Of a stretch of 44,383 nucleotides of DNA, positions 1 to 10,502 are shown one piece after another. Every line of letters begins with the position of its first letter. Positions within the stretch are counted from its first letter, which is position 1. The DNA lies in IMG/VR virus record IMGVR_UViG_3300033076_000625, positions 1 through 44,383 of that record. The stretch is one strand, 5' to 3'. This DNA is from a virus. Lineage: Duplodnaviria > Caudoviricetes. The notes under the pieces were generated by a model. The model ran no database searches. It had not been told where the DNA came from and worked only from the letters and a program-made list of their open reading frames with translations. The position numbers and the translations under genes are program-made.

Positions 1-111
1 GTTGGACGACATAAAGACAGGACACCAATGGTCTGATCGTCAGAAATTCAATCAAAAGATTAAGATATTATCTGGTTCAAACTTCTTTAACCTCCCAGAC
101 GATGTTGATTT
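1..111. repeat. Terminal direct repeat, left copy (circular assembly overlap)
   Basis: 1-111 matches 44273-44383 with 4 mismatches, all in the first 35 nt; the reading frame continues across the junction. Confidence 0.95.
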
Positions 112-781
112 CTCACAATCAAATCGTTCTGTTTTATCGGTTAGAATGAACGGGTACGGTAACGGATGGACTTATCCTCTTGAATATGTAGACAAGAAAC
201 TATGGAATGATATAAATATTATCAACCAAGGCTCTGTTCTTACTCAAGATGTAAACATTGGAGATACTTCAATATTTGTTGAAAACTCTGGTGACTTCCT
301 TTCTAGGGGCCCATTGTACTTTGCTACTACAGACTTCTCTCAATCTCTATTGGTAACTCAATACTCTGCAAACGATTTAGACACAAACGAACTAAGTGGT
401 ATACCAACAGGCGCAATCACTAGATTTATTCCAAAAGGAACACAAGTTTGGTCAAGAATTCTCGGTACTGCATACCCAATGTGTTATACAGTATACGAAG
501 GTAAGGTTTGGTTTAACCAAGTAATACCTCAAATACTCCAGGGTAAAAATGCTCTAGTAGATTATTATTCTAAACTAGAAGACATAACTGACCCTTCAAC
601 CGTACTTAATGAACATCATTATAAGATATACGGAACCTACATAAAGTACGCTATTGAAAAGCGTAAAGACCCTTCTACCCCAACAACTCACCCTGACTTC
701 GTGTTGTTTACGACACAAGCTAAGGCTGTTATGGAGAACGAACAGAACGGTCAACCAACAAGAATCGTAACAAGAAGATAA
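2..781 (+). CDS. 3' part of the origin-spanning virion structural protein
   Basis: In frame with 43668..44383; lies just before the tail stabilisation gene. Confidence 0.7.
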   Translation: MDDIKTGHQWSDRQKFNQKIKILSGSNFFNLPDDVDFSQSNRSVLSVRMNGYGNGWTYPLEYVDKKLWNDINIINQGSVLTQDVNIGDTSIFVENSGDFLSRGPLYFATTDFSQSLLVTQYSANDLDTNELSGIPTGAITRFIPKGTQVWSRILGTAYPMCYTVYEGKVWFNQVIPQILQGKNALVDYYSKLEDITDPSTVLNEHHYKIYGTYIKYAIEKRKDPSTPTTHPDFVLFTTQAKAVMENEQNGQPTRIVTRR

Positions 782-786
782 TATAT

Positions 787-2232
787 ATGTCAGACTCATT
801 TAAAGACGTACAAATACCTTTCTTCAAAGAAGGGCTAATACAAGATTCTGAAGTTGCTGAAACAGTTGCTGTTAATAATTCAGTGAACGTTTCTACTAAC
901 TGGAACTTTGACTCTATTGGTGCGGCTCAAACGCGTCCTGGCATTCAGGCATATCTCCCTTCTCCTGTAGGGGAGATTTTGTCGTTAGGGCAATTTGCTC
1001 AAAACGCATCATCAGTAAGACGTCTATTGTACCAAGTAGCTAATCATATCTATTCATGGAACGGTACAACTTCTTCATCAGTACGCACACTATCAAACTC
1101 AAACAAAGCACGTTATTGTCAATTCGCTAACTATACTTATATGGTTAATGGATACAACAACGACCCAATACAAACATTTGATGGTACTTCTTTTAGTGCC
1201 ACAAACGTTGGAGCATTACCAACAGGAGATTTTATTGAAACATTTGAAAGCCGTGTTGTGGTAGCTCAACAGGCAACAGACAATATTTACTTTACAGATG
1301 TAGTACAACCTTCAGGTACTATCACAGGTGGTGGTACAAACCCTTTGTACAAACTATCACCAGGTAATGGTCAAAAGATTAGAGCACTAAAAACAGTTCC
1401 TAGAGCACTACTTGTATTCAAAGATGAAAGTATCTACAGAATATATTCACTTGACCCTAATAATCCAAATGTAGACCCATACCCAGCATACAATGTTGGC
1501 ACCTACTCACAAGAAAGTATCGTTGACTCAAAAGACGGATTCTACTTTCACTCTAGTAAGGGATTCTATAAGTTCAACTTTGACGGACAACCAATTGAAA
1601 TCTCAAGACGTATTTCAGGAATAGTTTCTGCAATATCACGAACTAACTATGAAAAGGTTCATGGATGGACTGACAAAGAAGGAAATCATATCTACTGGTC
1701 AGTTGGAGACTTAGAGCTTGAAAACGGTACAATCGAGAATGCAATAGTAAGATACACTGTTAACTCTGAGGTATGGACTGTTTACTCACACGTTAACAAG
1801 GTTACAGCTTCTATAGTATACGACGACGGTACAAATATCTTACCACTAGTTGGATACTCAACAGCTGGGTATATAGGTAGATATGGAGTAGGAACAGACG
1901 ATATAGGAGACCCTATATTTGTAGACCTACAAACCAGAGCATTCATAATGACTGAATCTTACTCAAGGCTTAAGCAGATAGATAAAGTTTCAGTAATATG
2001 CTACAACGGAGCTGGACTAAACGTCTCATACGCACGAGATAACTATCGAAGAAACAGATGGGAACCAATAGGTAAGGTAACAAGTGAATTTATAAGCTTC
2101 CTCTCAGTACCTGATACGTTATCTTTCAACCAGATACGTTTCAGATTATTTGGAGCTATAGTCGGAGAACCAATAGTATTATACGGTATCGAAGTAATCA
2201 AGCTTGCAGAAGAAGGTTACAGATACAACTAA
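787..2232 (+). CDS. Putative tail tubular/DNA stabilisation protein (P22 gp10-like)
   Basis: 481 aa beta-rich; N-terminal NWNFDSIGAAQTRPG resembles gp10-like starts; podoviral synteny. Confidence 0.6.
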   Translation: MSDSFKDVQIPFFKEGLIQDSEVAETVAVNNSVNVSTNWNFDSIGAAQTRPGIQAYLPSPVGEILSLGQFAQNASSVRRLLYQVANHIYSWNGTTSSSVRTLSNSNKARYCQFANYTYMVNGYNNDPIQTFDGTSFSATNVGALPTGDFIETFESRVVVAQQATDNIYFTDVVQPSGTITGGGTNPLYKLSPGNGQKIRALKTVPRALLVFKDESIYRIYSLDPNNPNVDPYPAYNVGTYSQESIVDSKDGFYFHSSKGFYKFNFDGQPIEISRRISGIVSAISRTNYEKVHGWTDKEGNHIYWSVGDLELENGTIENAIVRYTVNSEVWTVYSHVNKVTASIVYDDGTNILPLVGYSTAGYIGRYGVGTDDIGDPIFVDLQTRAFIMTESYSRLKQIDKVSVICYNGAGLNVSYARDNYRRNRWEPIGKVTSEFISFLSVPDTLSFNQIRFRLFGAIVGEPIVLYGIEVIKLAEEGYRYN

Positions 2233-2233
2233 T

Positions 2234-2914
2234 ATGGCAGAACCAATTTCACCAACAAATACATTTTTGTCTGGTTACACAAGAAACCTTTACAGACAAG
2301 CAGCAGGAACAGTTGTGTCTGGGGCAAACGATGCGTTACAGTATAGGACTCCTAATATAACAGGGCCTAGTAACAACAATACTATAAACCAGCAACAACC
2401 AGCACAAGCTATTGCTCCAGGAACGATAATATACAGTTCTACATGGTTTACTTCTACATCAGACAGTAGAATAGGATTAACACCTGACGATAACTTTACT
2501 GTCTATCAAAACGGTAATGTGTTTATCCAAGCAAATAGCTCAGGTCTTGGAATATACAATAACGGAACAGAAAGAGTCTTTTTAGACAATTCAGGTATAA
2601 GTTATGATGGGGTACTCCAACCAGTTACTACCTGGGGAGAAATAAATGGAGCACTAGGTGTTTGGACACTTACACCAGGGTATACTCTTACAAAACTCTC
2701 GGTAGGTAACTATAGGGTAACTCATAACTTTGGTAGTCTTGTTTACACCGTATACATAACTCCAGAATCAGGCCACTTCAGAGGAAAAGTTTTCAACAAA
2801 ACAATCAATAGTGTTGATATATCTTTCCAACAATCAGATTACAGCGCAGGTTTATATACAGGAGAGTCGCCTGTAGATACCAGCTTCAATATACTATTTG
2901 TGAGACTACCTTAG
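2234..2914 (+). CDS. Virion tail protein (needle/fibre-like)
   Basis: Probable start ATG 2234 (TAA-T-ATG junction); GNYRVTHNFG segment typical of fibre C-terminal domains. Confidence 0.5.
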   Translation: MAEPISPTNTFLSGYTRNLYRQAAGTVVSGANDALQYRTPNITGPSNNNTINQQQPAQAIAPGTIIYSSTWFTSTSDSRIGLTPDDNFTVYQNGNVFIQANSSGLGIYNNGTERVFLDNSGISYDGVLQPVTTWGEINGALGVWTLTPGYTLTKLSVGNYRVTHNFGSLVYTVYITPESGHFRGKVFNKTINSVDISFQQSDYSAGLYTGESPVDTSFNILFVRLP

Positions 2915-2916
2915 TA

Positions 2917-2945
2917 TTTACAAATGTAATATAATGTGTTATAAT
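2917..2945 (+). promoter_or_regulatory. Sigma70-type promoter
   Basis: TTTACA-17nt-TATAAT upstream of ORF 2954. Confidence 0.6.
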
Positions 2946-2953
2946 ATAAAAAT

Positions 2954-3838
2954 ATGGAACTATTCCCTAAATTAAAACAAAAACTAAATAACAGTACAAG
3001 AAACTATAACTCAACGTTTCTTAGTAATGCTATGCTTGGATTGAATGGGCCTATGACTGGTACAAGGCAAGCAGTTCGTGGTCAACAACTCTTTAAACCT
3101 TATTTTAAAAGTACAACTAGGACACAGCAAACACCACGTCAAACCACTAGAAGTACTCCAAGAGTTAACTACCAGACTGGATATACTGGACAGGTAACTC
3201 CTCCAGTATCAACTAATCAATCAGGACAAGGTAATTTACTCACACAAAGCTTAGCAAGTGTGTACGAACCAGGTAACGACCTAGATAAGTTGTACAGAGA
3301 AGAATATGATAACCTATCTAGTTACTATAATCCTCTATATGATTACGAGAAAGAACAATACAATCTTATGGCTGATAATATCAGAAATCAGATGGACTCT
3401 TATCTCGCTGAGTCAAATGCAAGTCTCGAGCAAGATAGAAGTAAACTAGACACTGACGCTGGTTCAAAAGGATACGCATTCAGTCAAGGTATACGCGAAG
3501 GTCAAAGAGGTAAACTACAAGACTCTTACAATAGAGACATAAACGCTAAGAGAAACGCTTACAGTACACAACTAGGGCAAGGAGCACTAGACCTAGAATA
3601 CAAACTAGGTTCAAACGCACTAAACAATATGAACTTCAGTTTAGCAAACGGAAGAGCAAACGCTATGAGTAATACACCTTCACTCGTACGTTCATCTAAC
3701 TCTGTTTACAACAATAATCACAATTTCACAGGAAGATATGTTGACGATAGAGGAATACGTGCTGGTATAAACGCTTTAGATAGACTTAATGGTAAAAGAG
3801 TCGTAAGAGGTCAGAATAATAACGGAATATCACTATAA
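2954..3838 (+). CDS. Putative internal virion/ejection protein
   Basis: 294 aa, Q/N/T-rich with helical middle; first of three large low-complexity ORFs after the tail genes. Confidence 0.5.
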   Translation: MELFPKLKQKLNNSTRNYNSTFLSNAMLGLNGPMTGTRQAVRGQQLFKPYFKSTTRTQQTPRQTTRSTPRVNYQTGYTGQVTPPVSTNQSGQGNLLTQSLASVYEPGNDLDKLYREEYDNLSSYYNPLYDYEKEQYNLMADNIRNQMDSYLAESNASLEQDRSKLDTDAGSKGYAFSQGIREGQRGKLQDSYNRDINAKRNAYSTQLGQGALDLEYKLGSNALNNMNFSLANGRANAMSNTPSLVRSSNSVYNNNHNFTGRYVDDRGIRAGINALDRLNGKRVVRGQNNNGISL

Positions 3839-3839
3839 T

Positions 3840-5543
3840 ATGGCATTAGGAGCAAGAAACGCGTATACAAATAACCCAAATAACTACTTTGATAGAGTAT
3901 ATAATCAAGGTACTTATAAAATTGACCCTAAAACTGGACGCGCAGTACAAAGAAATACTTTAGGTCAGCTGACTCATATGGTTGGTAGTGTTTTTGGTAA
4001 CATAGGAAATTCAGAGTATGACAAAGAACTGTCTAGTAAAATAAGACAATTTGGTGTACAGCCTAGAAATTCTGGAGGACAGGCAAGTCAACCAATGCAA
4101 CCAGTAGCTCAAGTTACTCAGCCTACTGGGCAAACATACAACTCAACAGTTAATGTTGATGATGTTGTTAACCCAAACGCTATGTACCAAAGTGCTTATG
4201 GTTCTCAGTACGGTAGCACACAAACAGCACAACCTTCTGGATATGATGATGTTTCAATGGTATTTGGACCTAAGTTCAACTCTATAGATGACGTAATGAA
4301 TCACAGACAGAAACTTGTTATGCTTAGAGATAGAGCATTAGCAGGAGAGCCTGTAGATGATTCCGAGATTGGTGACGCATTAGGTTTGGATTTCATGAAC
4401 TCTATGCAGATGTCACCAGAACACAGGGATATGCTTAAAAAAGCAAAGGCTGACTACTTTGAAAGACCAATTATCGCTATTGATAACTACGTTAAGAATA
4501 AGAGTGAGCAACAAAAGGTAAACAACAGCTTTACACAAGCAGGAGTATTCTCTGGTCTCCCTAAAGATGTTACCTCACAATTGAATAAAATGGTTTATGA
4601 ATATAACACTAATGATGAAGCTAAGAAGTATAAGTCAGCAGTAAATGCGCTATCTATCATTAAATCTGTCGACCCTCAAAATGCTAGTGGTCCACAAGCT
4701 CAAGGGTTGATTTCAGATTATGCTAAAATTCTTGACCCTCAATCAGTTGTACGTGAAGCAGAATTCATCGTAACAAGTAAGTACAGTCAGTCTCTAGCTA
4801 ATAAGATTCTTGGAGAAATTAAGCAAGGTGTTTACGGACAAGGTTCACTATCACCTGATGCTATTAAAGTAATCCAACAAGCAGCTGAAAATAGAGTACG
4901 AGCACTTACTGACTCAAGAGCTCAAGATATCAAGTCTTACGAAAACTACCTTGAGAACTATGCAGGTGTACAACCTGGACAATTCAGTGGAATACTATAC
5001 CAAACACAAGGAGGTATGGGCCAGTCAGGACAATCAGGGCAACCTACTCAGAAGCAATTCTATAGAGGTCCAGATGGTTTATACTACGAAGTTAATCAAA
5101 TGAGTGGTAGCCCAAAAGCTAGTGGGGTATCTGGTAGCCCTGTAACAAATGTATCAGACGCAATGCAAAGAATAGCGAGAAACGAGTCAGATGGAAGTGG
5201 TGGCTATCAAGCACTAGGACCAGTGATAAGTTCAGGTGATTATAAAGGCCAAAGAGCTATAGGTAAGTATCAGGTAATGGAAGGAAATATCGGGCCTTGG
5301 TCACGAGAAATGGCAAGAGCTGGTATACTTTCACGTCCTGTTACACCACAAGAGTTCTACGGTTCACCTAAAATACAAGACGCTATGGCAGCATTCAAGC
5401 TACAACAACACTACGACAAAACTGGCTCATGGTCAGACGCAGCTAGTATGTGGCACTCTGGAAGAAAACTAGCAAATGCTGGTAACGCCAGAGACCAATT
5501 AGGAACAGCAACAGTCGATTACGTAAGAAAATTTAACTCATAA
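3840..5543 (+). CDS. Ejection protein with C-terminal lysozyme-like/lytic transglycosylase domain
   Basis: C-terminal IARNES..GGYQA..AIGKYQVM..TPQEF..IQD..WHSG pattern; DPQSVVREAE motif seen in phage ejection proteins. Confidence 0.7.
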   Translation: MALGARNAYTNNPNNYFDRVYNQGTYKIDPKTGRAVQRNTLGQLTHMVGSVFGNIGNSEYDKELSSKIRQFGVQPRNSGGQASQPMQPVAQVTQPTGQTYNSTVNVDDVVNPNAMYQSAYGSQYGSTQTAQPSGYDDVSMVFGPKFNSIDDVMNHRQKLVMLRDRALAGEPVDDSEIGDALGLDFMNSMQMSPEHRDMLKKAKADYFERPIIAIDNYVKNKSEQQKVNNSFTQAGVFSGLPKDVTSQLNKMVYEYNTNDEAKKYKSAVNALSIIKSVDPQNASGPQAQGLISDYAKILDPQSVVREAEFIVTSKYSQSLANKILGEIKQGVYGQGSLSPDAIKVIQQAAENRVRALTDSRAQDIKSYENYLENYAGVQPGQFSGILYQTQGGMGQSGQSGQPTQKQFYRGPDGLYYEVNQMSGSPKASGVSGSPVTNVSDAMQRIARNESDGSGGYQALGPVISSGDYKGQRAIGKYQVMEGNIGPWSREMARAGILSRPVTPQEFYGSPKIQDAMAAFKLQQHYDKTGSWSDAASMWHSGRKLANAGNARDQLGTATVDYVRKFNS

Positions 5544-5544
5544 T

Positions 5545-7542
5545 ATGGCAGGATTAACAGAAGAACAAGTACGTGCTATGGGCGGTGTAATCGTTCCTAG
5601 TCAAGGGCAGTCTCAAGGTCTTACAGAAGACCAAGTAAGAGCCATGGGAGGTACCATTGTTGACGGTGGTGCTTACAATCCATTCACATACATGACTGGA
5701 GAAACTAACGGTAGAGCTCAAGAGAGAGTTGCCACGCCAGTTTCAGATACAGATTTGCGAAGAGCTTCAAGTAACCAACAGATATATTCTGATATAAACA
5801 AGACCAGTAAACAAATAGATTTTGGTGATAGTACTCTAGCAAATATTGCTGAGAAGCCAGTCAATTGGGCAAAGGATATCGCTATTGGTGGTTTAAAGTC
5901 AGTAGTAGGAGCAACAGACTTCGTAGCAACAGGGTTAAACTGGTTAACAGGTAATACTTTGCTAGATAACCCAGGATTCCAATTTGGTACAGCTTCAAGA
6001 AAAATGAAGAATGACCAACTATATCGCGGTTCTAACCCAGCACAAAAACTAGGTGCAACCGCAGCAGATATAGCAATGATTGCTGGTACAGCAGGTGTCG
6101 GAGGAACAGTAACTGGTGGGATTAAAGCAGTTCCAGCCGTTACTAGAGCAGCTCAGTCAGAAGGTAAAATACTTAGTACAATTGCTAAATATGCTCCTAG
6201 AGTTGCTGGAGAAATAACTCACGGTTCACTTATTTCTGGTATGCAAGGAGACGAGTATACAGCAGGTAACGCAGCACTTGATGCTGTTACTCCAGCAGTA
6301 CTAGACTCTGCTTATAAATTCCTAAACTCTGCTTATCGAGAAAGTTCTCAACTAAAGAAGATTAAGGAAAAGATTGCAACAGACCCTAAGTTCGCTGAAG
6401 AAGTACAGAAAGCTAAAGAAGGTTTGTATAAAGTATTTTCAGATAACATTAACTCAAAGGCTATTGCTAAGACAGCAGAAGAGATAGGAGAAAATGCTGA
6501 TGGTGCTCAGAACGCTATTGCTGATAGTATACTATTTGCTGACAAACCTCCATCTGTAGAAGGTGGTAGATTTACAACTAAGTCAGCTCAAGAGTATGCT
6601 GTAAATGCACGTAACAAAGTAGCTCAGGCAATGAAATTGTTTGGTAAAAGTGTTGATGACCTTGGAGCTACACCAAAGCTTAATAAGCAACAGTCAGATG
6701 AGGCATGGAAAGGGCTACTTAACAACGTTTCTGCAAGACTAACTCAACCAGGGGCTGAATCAATAGCTTCACATGAGGTTAACTCTACAATCGAATCATT
6801 GTTTAAAAAAGCTAGTCAAGACAACTTCTCACTACACTCATTAATTGACTTTGCGCTTAGTACGTCTAGTCAGTACAGTCAAGGGGCTGATGGAATAAGT
6901 TCAAAAGTATTTTACCAAGTACGCAACGCTGTACGAGAAGAAATAGCTAAAAGACTATCTACAGTAGCACCAGAGGCATCAGAACAGTTCACTAGGTTAT
7001 ATAAGGACTATAAGGACTATTCTATAGCGGCTAGTTTCTTGGATAAGATAAACATGTCTAAGGCTTCTCCAGACGAATTCTTTACTAAGAATACTACTCA
7101 GAATATTGCTGGGTTCTTATCAACAATGGCAAATGGTGGAGTATTTAACTTCGCTAGGTTCTACATTGCTCAGAAAGGTTCAGGATTGCTATATGACTTA
7201 TTTGTTAGAGCTGGTATTAACACAAAGCTATCAGGTAAGGAAATTAAAATGGCTCTTGACCAACTCGGATATCAAGGTGTAGAAGAAAAAACAATATCTG
7301 AACTATCTAACTTGTTTGATAAAATCAAGGCAGCTAAGACAGAACAAGATGCTGTTAGTGCTATGCAAAAAGCTGAACAGGCGATTGAACAACAGAAAGC
7401 AGCTAAAGCCACAGAGAAAAAGAAGCTTAAGGATTACTGGATGAACGAACCTTATCCTAACAAATTACCATCAATAGACTACGGTCCAGAAGCTGTGTCT
7501 AAGTTTAAAAAAGGTACACGAGGCTTACCTACAATAAGATAA
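5545..7542 (+). CDS. Large ejection/DNA-transfer protein
   Basis: 665 aa, Ala/Gly-rich helical; podoviral position. Confidence 0.55.
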   Translation: MAGLTEEQVRAMGGVIVPSQGQSQGLTEDQVRAMGGTIVDGGAYNPFTYMTGETNGRAQERVATPVSDTDLRRASSNQQIYSDINKTSKQIDFGDSTLANIAEKPVNWAKDIAIGGLKSVVGATDFVATGLNWLTGNTLLDNPGFQFGTASRKMKNDQLYRGSNPAQKLGATAADIAMIAGTAGVGGTVTGGIKAVPAVTRAAQSEGKILSTIAKYAPRVAGEITHGSLISGMQGDEYTAGNAALDAVTPAVLDSAYKFLNSAYRESSQLKKIKEKIATDPKFAEEVQKAKEGLYKVFSDNINSKAIAKTAEEIGENADGAQNAIADSILFADKPPSVEGGRFTTKSAQEYAVNARNKVAQAMKLFGKSVDDLGATPKLNKQQSDEAWKGLLNNVSARLTQPGAESIASHEVNSTIESLFKKASQDNFSLHSLIDFALSTSSQYSQGADGISSKVFYQVRNAVREEIAKRLSTVAPEASEQFTRLYKDYKDYSIAASFLDKINMSKASPDEFFTKNTTQNIAGFLSTMANGGVFNFARFYIAQKGSGLLYDLFVRAGINTKLSGKEIKMALDQLGYQGVEEKTISELSNLFDKIKAAKTEQDAVSAMQKAEQAIEQQKAAKATEKKKLKDYWMNEPYPNKLPSIDYGPEAVSKFKKGTRGLPTIR

Positions 7543-7552
7543 TATATTAAGT

Positions 7553-8110
7553 ATGACTAAGAACGAATTTATATCATTCTACAAGGGTGTAAAAGGTGCT
7601 GAGACCTTCTACGATGCGATTACAGCCGCATTAAAGCAAGAAGGTATACTTACTCCATTAACACTAATTGGTGCCCTAGCGACCGCTAGAGTTGAGGTAG
7701 GAAGACAATTTAAGCCTATATCTGAGATAGCTTCAGGTAAGGCTTACGAAGGACGTAAAGACCTTGGGAATACTACTCCAGGAGATGGTGTTAAGTATAA
7801 AGGTAGAGGATACGTTCAACTTACTGGTAAGGCTAATTATTCAGCTTACGGGAAAGCTCTCGGAATTGATTTAGTAAATAAACCAGACCTAGCTCTTGAT
7901 GTTACCACTGCTGCACGTATAATGGCTAAATACTTTAAGGATAGAAAGATAAATACTTTCTGTGAGCAAGGACGATGGTCAGAAGTACGACGCAGAGTAA
8001 ATGGAGGTAACGGTGTAGATAAACTAAACGGTGGAACAACAAACGGCTTAAATGACTTCATCAAGGTAGTAAACGAGTATCTTGTACGTGCTGGTATTGA
8101 CAAAATTTAA
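7553..8110 (+). CDS. Endolysin, glycoside hydrolase family 19
   Basis: YEGRKDLGNTTPGDGVKYKGRGYVQLTGKANY, DLVNKPDL, RRVNGG. Confidence 0.92.
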   Translation: MTKNEFISFYKGVKGAETFYDAITAALKQEGILTPLTLIGALATARVEVGRQFKPISEIASGKAYEGRKDLGNTTPGDGVKYKGRGYVQLTGKANYSAYGKALGIDLVNKPDLALDVTTAARIMAKYFKDRKINTFCEQGRWSEVRRRVNGGNGVDKLNGGTTNGLNDFIKVVNEYLVRAGIDKI

Positions 8111-8264
8111 TATTTATTGCATAATATTATTTAGTATAGATTTACTAACAAAATTATGCTATAATAGAGAGGACTAGAAATAGTCCTTTTCTGTTAGAGG
8201 GGGTTTATCCTTAACTCGCTAATGCAAGGTCTACGGCAACGCTAAAGTGACCATAATATGACAT

Positions 8265-8699
8265 ATAAAAAAGATACTATTTTTAACCTTAATTGTTGCA
8301 CTAGTATACATCAAGCCACATACACTTATAGCTTATGATGATACTTCAATGCTAAAATTAGCTAAAGCTTTTGATTCTGTTGGAATGTACTACGACAAAG
8401 GGAACTTTGCAGATACATACAAGAGCCTGTCAGATAGAGATGTACCAAATAAAGACATAATAAGATTATCTGCTATCGCTTATTGCGAGTCTGGTTTTAA
8501 ACAAACAGCCTACAATGGTGATAACTCAAATGGCACCTCAGATGGAGGAATCTTTCAGATTAATTCTATCCACAAATTAAGTAACAGATTTGACAAAGAT
8601 TCTAACATCTCAAAAGCATTAGAATTATATAACAAGAACGGTACGAACGATTGGAATTCTTCAAAAGATTGCTGGTCTAAAGTTCTAAAATATATGTAA
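8265..8699 (+). CDS. Exported lysozyme-like/transglycosylase protein (start uncertain)
   Basis: IAYCESG, NSNGTSDGGIFQINSIH, W..S..CW; in-frame upstream IKKILFLTLIVALVY signal-like segment from 8265; first in-frame ATG 8349. Confidence 0.75.
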   Translation: MKKILFLTLIVALVYIKPHTLIAYDDTSMLKLAKAFDSVGMYYDKGNFADTYKSLSDRDVPNKDIIRLSAIAYCESGFKQTAYNGDNSNGTSDGGIFQINSIHKLSNRFDKDSNISKALELYNKNGTNDWNSSKDCWSKVLKYM

Positions 8700-8700
8700 A

Positions 8701-8728
8701 AGAAAAGCCCCTTGCGGGGTTTTTTCTT
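8701..8728. terminator. Bidirectional intrinsic terminator
   Basis: AGAAAAGCCCC-TTGC-GGGGTTTTTTCTT between convergent genes. Confidence 0.85.
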
Positions 8729-8964
8729 TATACTGACTCAAATCCTAGCACTGCTCCCTTGTTATTAATTACGTCAACAAATTGCTTTTTGAGTCCGCTC
8801 TTCTCACAAAGTTCAAGTACTGAATTAAGAATGTCCTCTATCTCTTGCTCATCATATATCTTTCGGTAGATACAGTTATCTGGTACCTTTCCGTCAAAGT
8901 AGGTAATAAGTGTTACACCACTTTCTAAAGTATCTACTCTTAATTCGTCTTTAATTTCATTCAT
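8728..8964 (-). CDS. Hypothetical protein
   Basis: 78 aa ORF tightly packed in the minus-strand operon. Confidence 0.6.
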   Translation of the reverse strand: MNEIKDELRVDTLESGVTLITYFDGKVPDNCIYRKIYDEQEIEDILNSVLELCEKSGLKKQFVDVINNKGAVLGFESV

Positions 8965-8967
8965 ACG

Positions 8968-9165
8968 TTAGTGTTTTTGTATCTCGTTAATATATCTTAT
9001 ATCTTTTTCGACGCAAGCCTCGCACATATACTCAAGGTTAAATAAGTCAAGTATGTTTTTGCCTTTAAGGTCTTGATTTGGTAGGCTCATGAGTGTATTA
9101 GTACCCTGCTTACATACTGGGCAAGTATATAAACTCTTGCGTTCCTTGTTATTGCCCGATGACAT
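8968..9165 (-). CDS. Small zinc-finger protein
   Basis: CPVC...CEAC. Confidence 0.65.
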   Translation of the reverse strand: MSSGNNKERKSLYTCPVCKQGTNTLMSLPNQDLKGKNILDLFNLEYMCEACVEKDIRYINEIQKH

Positions 9166-9322
9166 AACCTTTATACTTTCTCCTTAAGCACTTCATACAC
9201 ATAAATTTATATTGTGCAAGTTCTTTTAACTCTTCTATCTTTGGTTCTTTTGGCAAAGCAACAACGTTACGTGTTTTTACGTAACACTTATTGCAAGCTG
9301 AGAATTTGTTCTGTTCTGGCAT
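9149..9322 (-). CDS. Small zinc-finger protein (absent from ORF track)
   Basis: Manual translation MPEQNKFSACNKC...FMCMKC...; resembles the neighbouring gene. Confidence 0.55.
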   Translation of the reverse strand: MPEQNKFSACNKCYVKTRNVVALPKEPKIEELKELAQYKFMCMKCLRRKYKGYVIGQ

Positions 9323-9323
9323 A

Positions 9324-10502
9324 CTAGAATATATGTGTTATACGTGCAATTTGACCACCTGTCTTGCTGTGAATAAATCCTTCTACTGCCTTAGGTGCTA
9401 AGCAGTATCCGTTTCTGTAATGCCAAGCGTCTGTACCAGACGGGCTTCTTAAATATTCTATCGTGATACCATTGAAATCTTTTCCAGAAAGATACTTGAT
9501 GTTACGTTTGTGGTGAATATGGTGGAGATACACGTATCTATGTTTTGTCTCATACCACTCTTTAGGGCACTCATTAGGCATTAGATACGCATAGTCTGAT
9601 TCCTTTGCTTCATCACCATGAGATGTCATAATAAGGTTTTCTCCGTATACTGCATACTTTCTATGTTTAATTGATGTATCGAAAGTAACATTCTTGCATT
9701 TATTAAACCAACTTTCTATACTATCTGCTAAGAAGTAGCCTGACATATAGTCGTGGTTACTCGGATTGAATATCACGTGTACATCTGCATGTAGCATCAA
9801 CTCTTCAATTAGTTTCACGTATAACATACGAGCTACTTTGAAGTTTTCATGCCATAACCCATCAGTGTCTTGTTTGGTACCTCGAGTAGTCGTATTGTGT
9901 AGCGTGTCAATATGTAGGATATCGTTACCTATAATCAACCAGATTTTATCTATGTTGAAAGGTTTTGCTTTATCTAATATCTCGAGGACACCAGAAACTG
10001 TTCTATCTACTGCCTCCATTACATCATACGATTCACCTGTTTCTGATACGGTAGACAATTTACCTATGTGAACGTCTGCGGGGTCTATTATCAATAGGTT
10101 TCCTTCTACTTTGCTCTTGAGCCGCTTTATTGGCTTATAGCTAAAAGAATGCTTCTTGATGTCTGACTTAATCTGTTCAGCAATGTCTAGGTAACTTTCT
10201 TTTGTCTTTTCTTTTGCAAAGAATACTGACGCTGTTTCTGACTTAACCCAACCGTAACGGTAGTCGTGAGGTATGTTGTTATCTAGCCCCACCTTATCGA
10301 ACGTTGAATCAGGAGACATGCCTGATACTTGGATTCTTTTCCGTAGTTTACGAACATGGTCATAACTAAGACTCGAGCCAGTAACACTTGTTATTGCACT
10401 TTGTATCTTAGAAATAGGCTCGTGAATGTTTTCCTTGATAATTGCTTCTACTTGTTTGTTTTGCATAAAGAGTTTAAATACTTTGTGACAGACTTTTGCC
10501 AA
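9324..10502 (-). CDS. Calcineurin-like metallophosphoesterase (start probably 10466)
   Basis: DVHIG, GND, SNHD, SHGD, HHIHH metal-binding motifs. Confidence 0.85.
   Translation of the reverse strand: MAKVCHKVFKLFMQNKQVEAIIKENIHEPISKIQSAITSVTGSSLSYDHVRKLRKRIQVSGMSPDSTFDKVGLDNNIPHDYRYGWVKSETASVFFAKEKTKESYLDIAEQIKSDIKKHSFSYKPIKRLKSKVEGNLLIIDPADVHIGKLSTVSETGESYDVMEAVDRTVSGVLEILDKAKPFNIDKIWLIIGNDILHIDTLHNTTTRGTKQDTDGLWHENFKVARMLYVKLIEELMLHADVHVIFNPSNHDYMSGYFLADSIESWFNKCKNVTFDTSIKHRKYAVYGENLIMTSHGDEAKESDYAYLMPNECPKEWYETKHRYVYLHHIHHKRNIKYLSGKDFNGITIEYLRSPSGTDAWHYRNGYCLAPKAVEGFIHSKTGGQIARITHIF

Noticed and set aside
1-35. Four mismatches between the terminal repeat copies as diversity-generating retroelement variation
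   Set aside because: No reverse transcriptase is present, the changes are not adenine-specific, and they cluster at the contig edge, so they are most likely read-end errors
5548-5665. Duplicated GLTE(E/D)QVRAMGG motif in the ejection protein
   Set aside because: Real, but short N-terminal repeats are common in such proteins and do not indicate a separate system
8166-8255. c-di-GMP-I riboswitch upstream of the lysozyme-like gene
   Set aside because: Only a GAAA hairpin and GGTCTACGG resemble it; the other conserved elements are not recognisable
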